IMG/VR virus record: IMGVR_UViG_3300026493_000016
Coordinates: 64,001 to 128,000 of that record
Direction: 5' to 3' (one strand)
Source of the DNA: a virus
Length of the DNA: 64,000 nucleotides
Within the stretch, counting starts at the first letter, position 1, and the number at the start of each line of letters is the position of its first letter. Shown here one piece after another: positions 8,732 to 18,201 of this stretch. The position numbers were made by a program, and so were the translations under genes. Under the pieces are notes generated by a model. That model did not search any database, was not told where the DNA came from, and saw only the letters and a list, made by a program, of their open reading frames with translations.

Positions 8732-8925
8732 TATAACCCTGCCTCCTCAATCTCTTTATCTGACATGGTAACAACACTATCTAGAGTTAAATCTGCCTCT
8801 AGAATATCATCCTCATAAGTTTTCCCTGCTCGGATAAGGTCTTTCACTTCATCAATACTATCTGCTTTAACATAGCAATCAGAACGAATTGTTTCCGTAT
8901 ATTCTACTCGAACCCACTTAGCCAT
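8731..8925 (-). CDS. hypothetical protein
   Basis: start MAKWVRV after AAGGAGGAG. Confidence 0.6.
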   Translation of the reverse strand: MAKWVRVEYTETIRSDCYVKADSIDEVKDLIRAGKTYEDDILEADLTLDSVVTMSDKEIEEAGL

Positions 8926-9310
8926 GGAACTCCTCCTTACATGCATCACACTCTTCTTTCGTGTACACTCTCTTCATAATAATAGTTTCATATGGGAATG
9001 TCGACCATAACTCATTCGCGTGTTTAGGGCATAAGGCTTGATGCTGTTTTAATGTTAGTTTTTTCTCATGGACTATATTTGCCGCCACAGTTATTGCTTC
9101 TTTACCGTCAAAGATAACAACGGCTTTCCCTTCGCTGTAGCTCTCTTCGTCGAACGCATGAAGAATGGCTACTTCTGTACCTTTAGGCATATCGACTGCT
9201 CTCATATTATTTTCATCTCGTAAAACAATGGAATTTTGTAATATGTGTGTCTTCTTCACTAGAACGCCTCCGTTGAGCTGATTACAAGTGGTTCTTTCAC
9301 GTTCATCCAA
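8918..9310 (-). CDS. hypothetical protein, C-terminal CxxH/CxxC (true start probably GTG 9259)
   Basis: LCPKH...ECDAC. Confidence 0.55.
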   Translation of the reverse strand: MDERERTTCNQLNGGVLVKKTHILQNSIVLRDENNMRAVDMPKGTEVAILHAFDEESYSEGKAVVIFDGKEAITVAANIVHEKKLTLKQHQALCPKHANELWSTFPYETIIMKRVYTKEECDACKEEFHG

Positions 9311-9762
9311 CCAATCGCGTACCAGAATGGGACTTTAAAGTACTTACTGTTATACACTTCAACCAACTCGAATCCGAATGTGTGGAAATCTCGTAAAGGC
9401 ACGTCATTAACATCAAACAACATTGTTTGGTTCAATGATACTTCTCCTGCGTAATACTCTTCGATGTCCTCTTGGTCTATTCCGCATTCTTCTTTATAGA
9501 ATCGCATAGCCTCGTCTTCATCACGAGCTGCTACATGGTCGCAGTCATTCATTTTGTATACACGGAACATACGTGTATCTCTCGGTACGTTATTGTCAAC
9601 TAGTTTCATACCGACTGCTGCAAACTGGTCCTGTAGCACTTCAATGTCTACGTAGTTATACGCATACCCTGTTTTATTAACAAAGTCGTTGTATACCTCT
9701 ACCATTAATGTTGTATCGGAACCACAACCACCTACTGTAACTGCATGTTTACGTTCTGTCAT
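9259..9762 (-). CDS. hypothetical protein
   Basis: 167-aa ORF, AAGGAGG SD. Confidence 0.7.
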   Translation of the reverse strand: MTERKHAVTVGGCGSDTTLMVEVYNDFVNKTGYAYNYVDIEVLQDQFAAVGMKLVDNNVPRDTRMFRVYKMNDCDHVAARDEDEAMRFYKEECGIDQEDIEEYYAGEVSLNQTMLFDVNDVPLRDFHTFGFELVEVYNSKYFKVPFWYAIGWMNVKEPLVISSTEAF

Positions 9763-9763
9763 A

Positions 9764-10342
9764 TTAGTTTTCCTCCTTAAAGTTTATACGCCCAGATTCT
9801 GTTCCATTTAAGTTAACCTCTTTTAACTCACCGTTAATAGGTATAAAAAGTCTAGTCATGTAAACCTTTCCGTCTTGCACGTATTTCAGCAAGAAGTTAG
9901 TAATTGACATATCGTTATACTTAGCGAGGTCTTTGATTACTGCTGATGAATTCTTAAAAGTTGTAGCACCAACACCGATATCTAGGTATTCGAAGATGTC
10001 TACATACCATCCGTTTAGGATAGCTTCATCGTCGTCATTTAAGTCATCTTCTAACCAGCACAACATGTCATGACCATTGACTGTAGCTGTATGTCTAGGG
10101 ACCCCTAAATTACTTCCTACAGGATTACTCCATCCAGCATCTTTCCAGTTACTATCGTCAATACACATATCATTTACTAGTTTAGCATAGTCAGCCGGAG
10201 TTAATGATGCTACTTTAACTTCTTTTGTGTGGCTGATAAACTTTAGATGTGTTACTGGTTTGATACCTAGTCGGTAAAATTGCTCCTCGATGTCTCCGAT
10301 TGTAAATACCTCAATTTGCCCTACAACTTCTAACTTATCCAT
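9764..10342 (-). CDS. hypothetical protein
   Basis: 192-aa ORF, GGAGG SD. Confidence 0.7.
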   Translation of the reverse strand: MDKLEVVGQIEVFTIGDIEEQFYRLGIKPVTHLKFISHTKEVKVASLTPADYAKLVNDMCIDDSNWKDAGWSNPVGSNLGVPRHTATVNGHDMLCWLEDDLNDDDEAILNGWYVDIFEYLDIGVGATTFKNSSAVIKDLAKYNDMSITNFLLKYVQDGKVYMTRLFIPINGELKEVNLNGTESGRINFKEEN

Positions 10343-10634
10343 TAATTTTATCCTCCCATTTGTTTAGTTTCTGATTAAACATAGCATTGAATCTAGCGTC
10401 ACTCACATTATATCGATGTAATAGTGACTCTACTACCATACTTACATCTACCAATTCTTCGATAACATCATCTCTGCCTTTAGCTTTGTACTCGCACCCT
10501 TGAGCTCCTTTGAAAGATAGTATTGCCTGAGCTACCTCGCCAACTTCCTCCATAAGCTTTAACACAATTTCCTCAGATGTTTTCGTGTTCATTTCACATA
10601 GACGGTCTAATTTAACCCTATCTAATGTTGTCAT
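10335..10634 (-). CDS. mazG: MazG-like nucleotide pyrophosphohydrolase
   Basis: KLMEEVGEVAQA...IEELVDV (EExxE..EExxD all-alpha NTP-PPase motif), KLNKW end. Confidence 0.88.
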   Translation of the reverse strand: MTTLDRVKLDRLCEMNTKTSEEIVLKLMEEVGEVAQAILSFKGAQGCEYKAKGRDDVIEELVDVSMVVESLLHRYNVSDARFNAMFNQKLNKWEDKING

Positions 10635-10658
10635 GTTATCTCCTCCTTAACTAACTCT

Positions 10659-10687
10659 ATCTTACCATATTCTCTTTTGTTTGTAAA
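10659..10687 (-). promoter_or_regulatory. sigma-A-type promoter of mazG operon
   Basis: TTTACA-17-TAAGAT with TG. Confidence 0.65.
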
Positions 10688-10851
10688 CTACTAATTTAAA
10701 TAATTCCAAAAATAGATAGAACTACGAGTATTAATATACCTACAGGGAATCCTACAAGAACCATTACAATACATTTACCCATCTCTTGAAACACCATATG
10801 CTGCCGCTCTATCAGTTCAATGTCCTTCTTTGTTCTAAACATAGTAACCTC

Positions 10852-11586
10852 CTACTGGAAATAGTATTTGTTTAATGTCTTCTCTGGATGCATCTTACCA
10901 TTGATATACATATTACATAGTAGATGCTTAGCTCTATCTGGTCCTAGACGCTCTACAATATGTGATGCAATCTGACTCTTCTTCATACGAGAGCTGACAC
11001 CAGACTGAACAAGTAGTCCGTTCATACCGATTGCTCCTCGGCTATCTGCGGAACCTACTTTAGCACCATCACCGGATAATGTAGATACTTGTCGTTTAAA
11101 GGAACCAGCAATGTTAATAAGCTCCTCTTTCCAGAACAATGAGTTAAATGCTGCCTTCACATCATGTCTAGGCGACGGATAAGCCTCACTGTACATACCA
11201 AGAATACCTTCACCACGGAACTCGGTATAAGCAATAATACCTACTCCATGATGCTTGTACTCTTTAATAATAGCATCTACCTTTTCAACGTGCTTATCCT
11301 CGCACACAACATACACTAGGTCGCATATCTTGCTGTATGCTCTAAGCTGTTTATTGAGCCGTGTAGTCGAGTCTCTAGCTGTCTTAACTTCCACTCCTAT
11401 TAGTATACCATCACTACGGAAGATTAGCAAGTCTGCAATTACTGAGTTGATGTCGATACCTTTCTCACTAAGGACAACAGACTGCATCCCCTTAAAAGGT
11501 AGGAACAGTCGTTTATTATTTAAAACGAGCTGCTTCACATCATCCTCATAGAATGATTGTTTAGTAGACATATTCACCCTCCCCAT
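10852..11586 (-). CDS. PD-(D/E)xK nuclease-fold protein (sce7726/MmcB-like)
   Basis: SEK...IADLLIF...GVEVKTARDSTTRLNKQLRAY. Confidence 0.75.
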   Translation of the reverse strand: MGRVNMSTKQSFYEDDVKQLVLNNKRLFLPFKGMQSVVLSEKGIDINSVIADLLIFRSDGILIGVEVKTARDSTTRLNKQLRAYSKICDLVYVVCEDKHVEKVDAIIKEYKHHGVGIIAYTEFRGEGILGMYSEAYPSPRHDVKAAFNSLFWKEELINIAGSFKRQVSTLSGDGAKVGSADSRGAIGMNGLLVQSGVSSRMKKSQIASHIVERLGPDRAKHLLCNMYINGKMHPEKTLNKYYFQ

Positions 11587-11842
11587 CGATGCGTGACGTT
11601 AGTCGCATTAACGCATCCGTATAACTATACCCGTATACATTGTATCCTTTATTCCAAGTAGGATTTGTGATATAATACTCTATCCACTTACTCTCTACGT
11701 CTAACCATCCTTTTCGTCTTTTAATCTCATAAGGGTGGATAGCCACTGCGATGACTTCTCCTCGTATTAGGATTTCACTATAGATAGTCTCTCCCGTCCA
11801 CGTTCGATAGTAGTATCTTTTATTTTTAAAAAACTTAAACAT
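11561..11842 (-). CDS. hypothetical protein
   Basis: ORF with SD. Confidence 0.6.
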   Translation of the reverse strand: MFKFFKNKRYYYRTWTGETIYSEILIRGEVIAVAIHPYEIKRRKGWLDVESKWIEYYITNPTWNKGYNVYGYSYTDALMRLTSRIDGEGEYVY

Positions 11843-11974
11843 ATTATCTCTCCTTACATTTTAGGTCGTATTGTAGTTCTGCGATGATGTAAGCAATTGC
11901 GTCCTTTCTGTTCATTCCTGATGCATCTATAAATTCTTGAAGTATCTGGTCGAATAGTACTTTTCTATCTTCTG

Positions 11975-12232
11975 TCATAGCTTAGCTCCTATTAAAGTAT
12001 CATATAAGTCTTGCTTAGACTCTAACGCTGCTAACTCTTCCTCTTTCTTCTGCGCCAATGTACCAAAGTGAACAACAGAGTTCCAATAGCTGCGATTAGC
12101 TGCATCTTTTATAGCGTTTCTGATGTGTTTAATGTCTTTCTTGATTAGCTCAATGTTACAGGTCTCATCAGGGATACCGATAATCTCATGCTTCCAATCA
12201 TTCGTAAAAGAAGTACGCTTTTCTGAGCTCAT
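11975..12232 (-). CDS. UVR/ClpC M-domain-like microprotein
   Basis: IKHIRNAIKDAANRSYWNSVVHF. Confidence 0.6.
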   Translation of the reverse strand: MSSEKRTSFTNDWKHEIIGIPDETCNIELIKKDIKHIRNAIKDAANRSYWNSVVHFGTLAQKKEEELAALESKQDLYDTLIGAKL

Positions 12233-12386
12233 TTAATCTCGCCTCCTCTTCTCTAATTCCAGCTAAAGCGGACCACATACCTGCATCAGCAGCCATGGTA
12301 GCCATTCTATCTAGCAAACTTAGTTTATGTTTAATCGCACGCAACTCATTCAAACTAGTAGTGATAAATTCATGTGGATTACTCAT
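12198..12386 (-). CDS. UVR/ClpC M-domain-like microprotein
   Basis: ELRAIKHKLSLLDRMATMAADAGMWSALAGIREEEARLNE. Confidence 0.6.
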   Translation of the reverse strand: MSNPHEFITTSLNELRAIKHKLSLLDRMATMAADAGMWSALAGIREEEARLNELRKAYFFYE

Positions 12387-12589
12387 CGTCCGAACCTCGC
12401 TTCACGTTCACTTTTTCTAGAGCGCAATTCATACTCCATAGCTCGTGCCTTTCTAGACAATCGTTCAACCTCTGACCAGAAGCTATTACGTACTGCTCGA
12501 ACGATGTCGTCTTTTGTTTCATCTAACACTTCATAAATCTCCTCGTCTGTTGCAGCATTAATTAGCTCTCTCGCTTGTTCTGGTGTCAT
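12383..12589 (-). CDS. UVR/ClpC M-domain-like microprotein
   Basis: LDETKDDIVRAVRNSFWSEVERLSRKARAM. Confidence 0.6.
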   Translation of the reverse strand: MTPEQARELINAATDEEIYEVLDETKDDIVRAVRNSFWSEVERLSRKARAMEYELRSRKSEREARFGR

Positions 12590-12819
12590 TTACCTTCCTC
12601 CTCAATATCAATCCATAATGGGTGATTCTTATACTCTCCTTCAAACTTTCGATATGATGCATATTTACCTGTACCTATTTGTAATTGTTTAACTCCGTCT
12701 TTCATTACAATAGAGCCCCTCCACGCGCCGTTACACACATAGAATTTAGTTCCGACAGGTAAACTACTAATAATCGTTTTCGTGCCTCCATACGGATTAT
12801 ATTCTTCTCCGGTCATCAA
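12586..12819 (-). CDS. small SH3-like hypothetical protein
   Basis: LPVGTKFYVCNGAWRG. Confidence 0.6.
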   Translation of the reverse strand: MMTGEEYNPYGGTKTIISSLPVGTKFYVCNGAWRGSIVMKDGVKQLQIGTGKYASYRKFEGEYKNHPLWIDIEEEGK

Positions 12820-13453
12820 TTTCTTCCAACCCCTTATCTAGAACTTCGTAATATCGTGACAATGGACTACTTACGTTTTCGTTACTATGTTCTAGGTCAT
12901 AAAAATCTGATATAAACTCTCCTTGCTGCATAGATAGAGCTTGTACAATATTCTTGACTCCGACAGAGAACTCATTAAACCAGTGCACATCATTAAGATG
13001 AATAAATACTCCTGTATATTCACCTCGAACCATAACCATTTCTCCTCCGCGAGGTTTAAGTACATCAGGTTCTCTCTCGTAGAAACCTTGTCCACGTCTA
13101 CCGGATAAAGTAGACACACCGTTTACAATAGGACATACGAACAAGGGGTCATCGATTACCCATTTCTTCTTATACTTAGCGGGTAGTTTACTATTCGCCC
13201 ATGCACCTAAAGTTGTATTAAGACTGAATGGGTTCATTCGTTCACTTTTAGATGTTGCTTTCTTTTTAGGTGTGACACCTTTCGGATGCGGAGTATGCGC
13301 CTTGAACACAATTGCGTACATCGTACCGTCATGTTCCTTGATAAGGTCTACAATGTAGTGAGGTTCCCCTCCTACACTGATTGCACCTTGTTTTGTATAT
13401 CGTAAATACTTACCTGACAAATGTGGCATTGCATTCTCGATAACACCTATCAT
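12797..13453 (-). CDS. hypothetical protein
   Basis: 218-aa ORF, GGAGGTG SD. Confidence 0.75.
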   Translation of the reverse strand: MIGVIENAMPHLSGKYLRYTKQGAISVGGEPHYIVDLIKEHDGTMYAIVFKAHTPHPKGVTPKKKATSKSERMNPFSLNTTLGAWANSKLPAKYKKKWVIDDPLFVCPIVNGVSTLSGRRGQGFYEREPDVLKPRGGEMVMVRGEYTGVFIHLNDVHWFNEFSVGVKNIVQALSMQQGEFISDFYDLEHSNENVSSPLSRYYEVLDKGLEEIDDRRRI

Positions 13454-13456
13454 TCA

Positions 13457-13804
13457 TTACACCTCCCATTGAAATTCTAACCCGTATACTCCTAACGTGT
13501 CATTTCGTTTTCGGTATACTTTTATCTTGTTATAATGAAGCTCCTCGATTATCATTTGACGGATAATTTTCGACTCAAATATACATCCAATTCCCATCTC
13601 ATTTGCGTTATCCTTTGGTAACATGTACTGTGTTTTACCTTGTCTCGCTTCATGAATTAACTCAGTTTTGATAACGTCATAGATGTCTTTAATAGCAATC
13701 CCGTAATCGATTAGTTCTTTTTCTCGAACTAAGTGTTTCAATTCGATTCCTAATGGTAAATGAAAACCTTCACCTTCATCATGTACATGTTTCTCTAAAG
13801 TCAT
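13457..13804 (-). CDS. hypothetical protein, paralog family A
   Basis: LIHEARQG...IIEELHYNKI...FQW. Confidence 0.7.
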   Translation of the reverse strand: MTLEKHVHDEGEGFHLPLGIELKHLVREKELIDYGIAIKDIYDVIKTELIHEARQGKTQYMLPKDNANEMGIGCIFESKIIRQMIIEELHYNKIKVYRKRNDTLGVYGLEFQWEV

Positions 13805-14070
13805 TCTACATCCTCCTCACAATCGCGAATGTATGCTTCTAAATCTTGAATTAGTAGTTTAGCTGTTTCTGGTGTAAGGTTAACAGACGGATTCTCTCCT
13901 GATTCGTCTTCAGATGTGTAGTGCATTTCAATATTAAATGCGAATCGCTGCTCTTCATCAAAAGCTGTTCCTACTTCTATAAAATCGTCACCAGATGTCA
14001 CACAGTGTAATCTACGATATAATCCTCCGTTACCTCCATCTACAAAATAACCTGTTTTAACGTCACTCAC
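13801..14070 (-). CDS. hypothetical protein, paralog family B
   Basis: SVNLTPETAKLLIQDL. Confidence 0.65.
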   Translation of the reverse strand: MSDVKTGYFVDGGNGGLYRRLHCVTSGDDFIEVGTAFDEEQRFAFNIEMHYTSEDESGENPSVNLTPETAKLLIQDLEAYIRDCEEDVE

Positions 14071-14099
14071 GTTATCTCCTCCTTAATTATTATATTACT

Positions 14100-14128
14100 A
14101 ATATAGCACACTATTTTAAAAAAGTCAA
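14100..14128 (-). promoter_or_regulatory. sigma-A-type promoter (also carries TGCTATATTAG)
   Basis: TTGACT-17-TATATT directly after terminator U-run. Confidence 0.7.
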
Positions 14129-14145
14129 CAAAAAAGAGAGACTTT

Positions 14146-14529
14146 TTAAGCCTCTCCTCCCATTTTCTTAATATCTCTTTTTAAGCTCTCTTTAAACTTC
14201 TTCTCATTTCGCTTAACTACGATTGCCCAATACCCGAGAGCAGTGTAGTGAGCTACTATGTTTTTAATAAAGAATAACGAGATACCAAACGCCATAGCTG
14301 TTAAGTAATAGATTTCGATAAAGTTAAAGTAGAGTTGTGTGTAAAAGAAGGCAAACACAATCTCAGCTACTAAAGTTAATCCGAAACCTAGCAATACTGT
14401 CCCATATAGTGGTGTCTCTCCTTTAGTTTTAATCTCTTTAAACTGTGCTACAACGCCTAGCAACTTCAACCCGTAGTTAACGCCGATACTCGCTGCGATA
14501 ACACATAATACTAAATCGATATTCGTCAT
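14146..14529 (-). CDS. multi-pass membrane protein
   Basis: three hydrophobic segments. Confidence 0.75.
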   Translation of the reverse strand: MTNIDLVLCVIAASIGVNYGLKLLGVVAQFKEIKTKGETPLYGTVLLGFGLTLVAEIVFAFFYTQLYFNFIEIYYLTAMAFGISLFFIKNIVAHYTALGYWAIVVKRNEKKFKESLKRDIKKMGGEA

Positions 14530-14915
14530 ACTAGCTCATACCCCGTTTCATCCATCTTAACATTCTCTACGATAGCGTATTTATTTCCTGATTGGATTAA
14601 TAGCTCTTTGATGAATTCTTTCTTAGGTACATACTCGCATCTAAATGGAGTGTACACGTTACGAACTGTTCTAGCTAACTCTTTACTTGGATACATCTTA
14701 ACAACACAAGATACTAACTGTCCACTAGCCTCGCAACATGATAGTTTTGGTTCCTTACTATCTTCCAACTTAGCTAATCCATGGTTAATCGCCGCTGTAA
14801 CTGGGTGTACTTTCCCGTCCTCTGTGTGCCATACATCTTTATAACATACTAGTCTTCTAGTCATTCTATTACCTCCTAAGGGAGCCAGCTTATGCCAGCT
14901 CTCCGTTTTCTCCAA
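14526..14915 (-). CDS. hypothetical protein (start uncertain)
   Basis: ORF track. Confidence 0.6.
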   Translation of the reverse strand: MEKTESWHKLAPLGGNRMTRRLVCYKDVWHTEDGKVHPVTAAINHGLAKLEDSKEPKLSCCEASGQLVSCVVKMYPSKELARTVRNVYTPFRCEYVPKKEFIKELLIQSGNKYAIVENVKMDETGYELV

Positions 14916-16167
14916 ACATTAGTGTAGTAGATTCATATGTTTCCTTACCGCGATATAACACAACAGCAGACTGAGATGGCATTGTTGCTGGTAGGTTCAG
15001 CGAGCTACTATAGTCGTTCTCTCCTACTGGTGACGATACTTGATAATGCATGCGACCGAATGACTCTTGTGTAATGTCTAGGTAATGTAGGTGACCAGAG
15101 AATAAGATTTTAATAGTTTTACCATTCTTCATAAACACTGGAATCTTCTCTTTTGCCTTAGGCATCTTGTCCCCATGTGTACCTACTACACGATGACCTA
15201 CAACCTCGATATCAAACATATCATTCTTGTTTCGGTTGTCAGTAATAACTACGTTAGGCATCTGGTTCAACTCTTCTTGAATCATAATAAGCGTGTCTAG
15301 GATAATGTACTCGACATTATTATTTGCTAGATTATCATTCTTATTCTGGAAGAATCGTGAATGGTTACCTGTAATCATGCTGAAGTGTACCGTATGGTTT
15401 TCTGATAGGTCGTTAAGCATTTCTACGAACAATCTGATAGACTTGCTAATCTGTGCTGCCATGTGAAACTCCAAGTCGAATGACTGTGTATTACGCATTA
15501 CTTGGTTCTCGATTATATCACCTAAGAATAGTACATGAATCTCGTCGAATACGCGAGTATCCATCTGCTGCTTAGCCCAACCTACTACACTATTAATCGA
15601 GTTCTGTAGTCTCTCGAAGTTGTAGTCACCAGTACGACTGTGGAACGTTTCAAGACCTACGTGCCAATCGGAGAATGCTAGAATCAATGCTTTCCCATTC
15701 TCAGCAACCTTAACATTCTTAGGCTCGGCTAAGTACTTAGGTGTTGGTAAGTCTTTAATCTCTGCTACGATTTCCTTTTTAAGGTCATCCATTAAGATTT
15801 TAAGAGCTGTACCTTCACGTTGTACTTTCTTGTATTCTCGTAAAAACTCCGTTTGTTTCTGTCTTTCCATAATGTGAGGTGTTACCATAGAGAACACATT
15901 CTCCTCTACCACAGCGACCTCATTACCAATTGGTTCGATGTTATCTACGGTTAAATCACCGTTCGTAGCTGCCATGTAAATAGCTGCAAGTGATTCACTG
16001 TTATTAATGTCATCGATACAAAACTGTAAGTCCTCTTTCGTTACCTTATCTCGTCCTAGTCCTGTTAATAGTTTATTTACAAGCGTGCGGTCAATTACCC
16101 CGCGCTCACGCTTGCTATATCCCATTAGTACTGCAATCACATCTTCGTATAGTTCAATCTTCTTCAT
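14890..16167 (-). CDS. calcineurin-like metallophosphoesterase
   Basis: DWH, GDII, GNH, HGD, GHLH motifs; N-terminal helical domain. Confidence 0.88.
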   Translation of the reverse strand: MKKIELYEDVIAVLMGYSKRERGVIDRTLVNKLLTGLGRDKVTKEDLQFCIDDINNSESLAAIYMAATNGDLTVDNIEPIGNEVAVVEENVFSMVTPHIMERQKQTEFLREYKKVQREGTALKILMDDLKKEIVAEIKDLPTPKYLAEPKNVKVAENGKALILAFSDWHVGLETFHSRTGDYNFERLQNSINSVVGWAKQQMDTRVFDEIHVLFLGDIIENQVMRNTQSFDLEFHMAAQISKSIRLFVEMLNDLSENHTVHFSMITGNHSRFFQNKNDNLANNNVEYIILDTLIMIQEELNQMPNVVITDNRNKNDMFDIEVVGHRVVGTHGDKMPKAKEKIPVFMKNGKTIKILFSGHLHYLDITQESFGRMHYQVSSPVGENDYSSSLNLPATMPSQSAVVLYRGKETYESTTLMFGENGELA

Positions 16168-16327
16168 TCATTAACACTCCTCGTTTAATTAGTTCTTCTT
16201 CAGCTGCTTTCATACATTGGAAGAAGTGAGCTCTATTTATCATGTTCCAAGGGGAATCGTCTAAGAATGCTGCTTTAAAGTCTCGATATACCTTCAGTAC
16301 CTTTTCGTCTGACCATCCGTCGTACAT

Positions 16328-17275
16328 CTACTCACCGCTCTCCGCCATGGCTTTAATCGCTGCTGCAATTACGTTAGCTGTGCCAGTAGGCAAAAACATT
16401 GTCCCTACATAACCAGAACCTGTAGTACCATCTTTCATATTAGCTGCCGCAAAGAACTGTTCGACTGTTACACCTTTCGTTCGTACTTGAACCATATCAG
16501 ATGTACGGGTTGTGCTAGCTACTAAAGTAACGCCATTCTCTCCACCGATATCCTTAAGGTTCCGGTGAGCCACTTCGTTTGTCCAGTCTTCTGCGTATAC
16601 AGTGCCAACTTGTACAGGTTCTCCATTAATGTTAATCATCATCCACTTCGTTTGCTGTCGTTTCTTCTCTACGAAGTCTGACTGCTGCTTAAGTTGACTC
16701 TTGATAACTGGTAGATTCTCTTTCATAATCTCCTGTAACGGCTTGTCCGCTAATACAGCTGTGATGTTACGACCGAATGCTCGATACAGTGCCATTAAAA
16801 TCTTGATACTATTATTCGTGTCTACGTCCTTCCACTGTTGATACTTAATACTAGCATGGATAACATTCATATCATTTTTAGAGGTATCTTGTACATTTTG
16901 GAATGTCGTCATTTCACTAGTTAATAGCAACGTTCTTAGGTAAACAATAGGTGGAAAGTCCGAGCTTACTACAGAGCGTCCTACACTAACTTTCTTTCCG
17001 TAAGTGTTAACGTGTATAAAGTCGCTAAACGGATTGTTCAGCGGCTCGATAGCCTTCTTAAAATCTTCGTTATCGAAGATAGGTAACCCGATAACAATAA
17101 TCTTACTTACCAACTGTGCTTGTGTCCCTAATGCGTGTATATCAAGCTTGTCCACAAATTCAACATCAACTTCGTAATCCGGTAGCATACGCTTAATTAC
17201 CGGAAGTGTAATTGTATTCATGAAGTTATCTTTCATGTACAACTTCACTATTTCTTTTTCCATTAGTATCCCCAT
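16328..17275 (-). CDS. hypothetical protein, degenerate DHH/DHHA1-like architecture
   Basis: C-terminal VQVRT..GSGYVG resembles DHHA1 SxRS..GGGH; no DHH triad visible. Confidence 0.55.
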   Translation of the reverse strand: MGILMEKEIVKLYMKDNFMNTITLPVIKRMLPDYEVDVEFVDKLDIHALGTQAQLVSKIIVIGLPIFDNEDFKKAIEPLNNPFSDFIHVNTYGKKVSVGRSVVSSDFPPIVYLRTLLLTSEMTTFQNVQDTSKNDMNVIHASIKYQQWKDVDTNNSIKILMALYRAFGRNITAVLADKPLQEIMKENLPVIKSQLKQQSDFVEKKRQQTKWMMININGEPVQVGTVYAEDWTNEVAHRNLKDIGGENGVTLVASTTRTSDMVQVRTKGVTVEQFFAAANMKDGTTGSGYVGTMFLPTGTANVIAAAIKAMAESGE

Positions 17276-17742
17276 CCTCCATAAGTTCTAGGTTCCATCG
17301 CTGTGTGTCTGTGCTCTCTCGTATACACATCAAGGTATCTCACAAAAGTTAGCACACCGTTCTCGACTGTGTATTGTTTCTCTATATCCCATTCCTCGTA
17401 GTGCTCATACATGTAAATAACTTTTTCTGCTATTTTCGCTAAGATAGTGTTCATGAAGCATTGTATTTCACCATCGTAGTTTTTAAGAGCGAAAATAAAC
17501 TCCCACTCTCTCGTTTCTTTATTTAGCGTGTTGACGTTGTGTTCTCCCCATTCATCCGGCATATATGCAGGTGACATGGAAGGTACTTGGTCTCCACGGC
17601 TCTTATTAGCCAGCGTCTCTACGAAAGGGAAAGCTTGAACTGCCTCACCCCATTCACCATCGCTGTCGATAACATGCTCGACTAAAGGTAAATACTCTTC
17701 TTTCACTACAATCTTAGCTCGTAACCCTGTGTAGTTACCCAT
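17263..17742 (-). CDS. hypothetical protein
   Basis: MGNYTGLR...ALKNYDGEI; promoter and SD. Confidence 0.75.
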   Translation of the reverse strand: MGNYTGLRAKIVVKEEYLPLVEHVIDSDGEWGEAVQAFPFVETLANKSRGDQVPSMSPAYMPDEWGEHNVNTLNKETREWEFIFALKNYDGEIQCFMNTILAKIAEKVIYMYEHYEEWDIEKQYTVENGVLTFVRYLDVYTREHRHTAMEPRTYGGWGY

Positions 17743-17772
17743 AATATCCCTCCTCTTTTAATCTACTAATCT

Positions 17773-17801
17773 ATCTTATCACACTAATTCTGTAATGTCA
17801 A
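17773..17801 (-). promoter_or_regulatory. sigma-A-type promoter
   Basis: TTGACA-17-TAAGAT with TG. Confidence 0.75.
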
Positions 17802-18201
17802 CATAATTCTTAAATTTAATTTCTTCTGTTTCTGTGATTGTGAAGAAAGTAGGTTGTAGTTCATTCTTTTTCATCCAAGTGATAAATGTATCGGTTAACA
17901 TGTCACTCAGCTCGTGTCTCATATCCATTGACACTCCTGATAAGAACCCTTCTGCAAACTCACCGCACTGGTCATATACATCTTCTTGCACTTCATCGAT
18001 AGCGTGGTCACCACAAACACCAATAGACGGTTCAGAAACCTTTCCTACAAACAACGCTGTCCAACCCATCTCAGTAGCATGCCTTACTCCCTCTAAAATA
18101 GCCTCTTCACGAGAATCAAACATATCATTACCCCAGTAGTCACATGACTGATGATTAAATGTCCATTGCTCTTTTTCACTTACTGCTTTTAACTGGTCCA
18201 T
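17779..18201 (-). CDS. acidic hypothetical protein
   Basis: FDSREEAI motif, AAGGAGG SD. Confidence 0.75.
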   Translation of the reverse strand: MDQLKAVSEKEQWTFNHQSCDYWGNDMFDSREEAILEGVRHATEMGWTALFVGKVSEPSIGVCGDHAIDEVQEDVYDQCGEFAEGFLSGVSMDMRHELSDMLTDTFITWMKKNELQPTFFTITETEEIKFKNYVDITELV

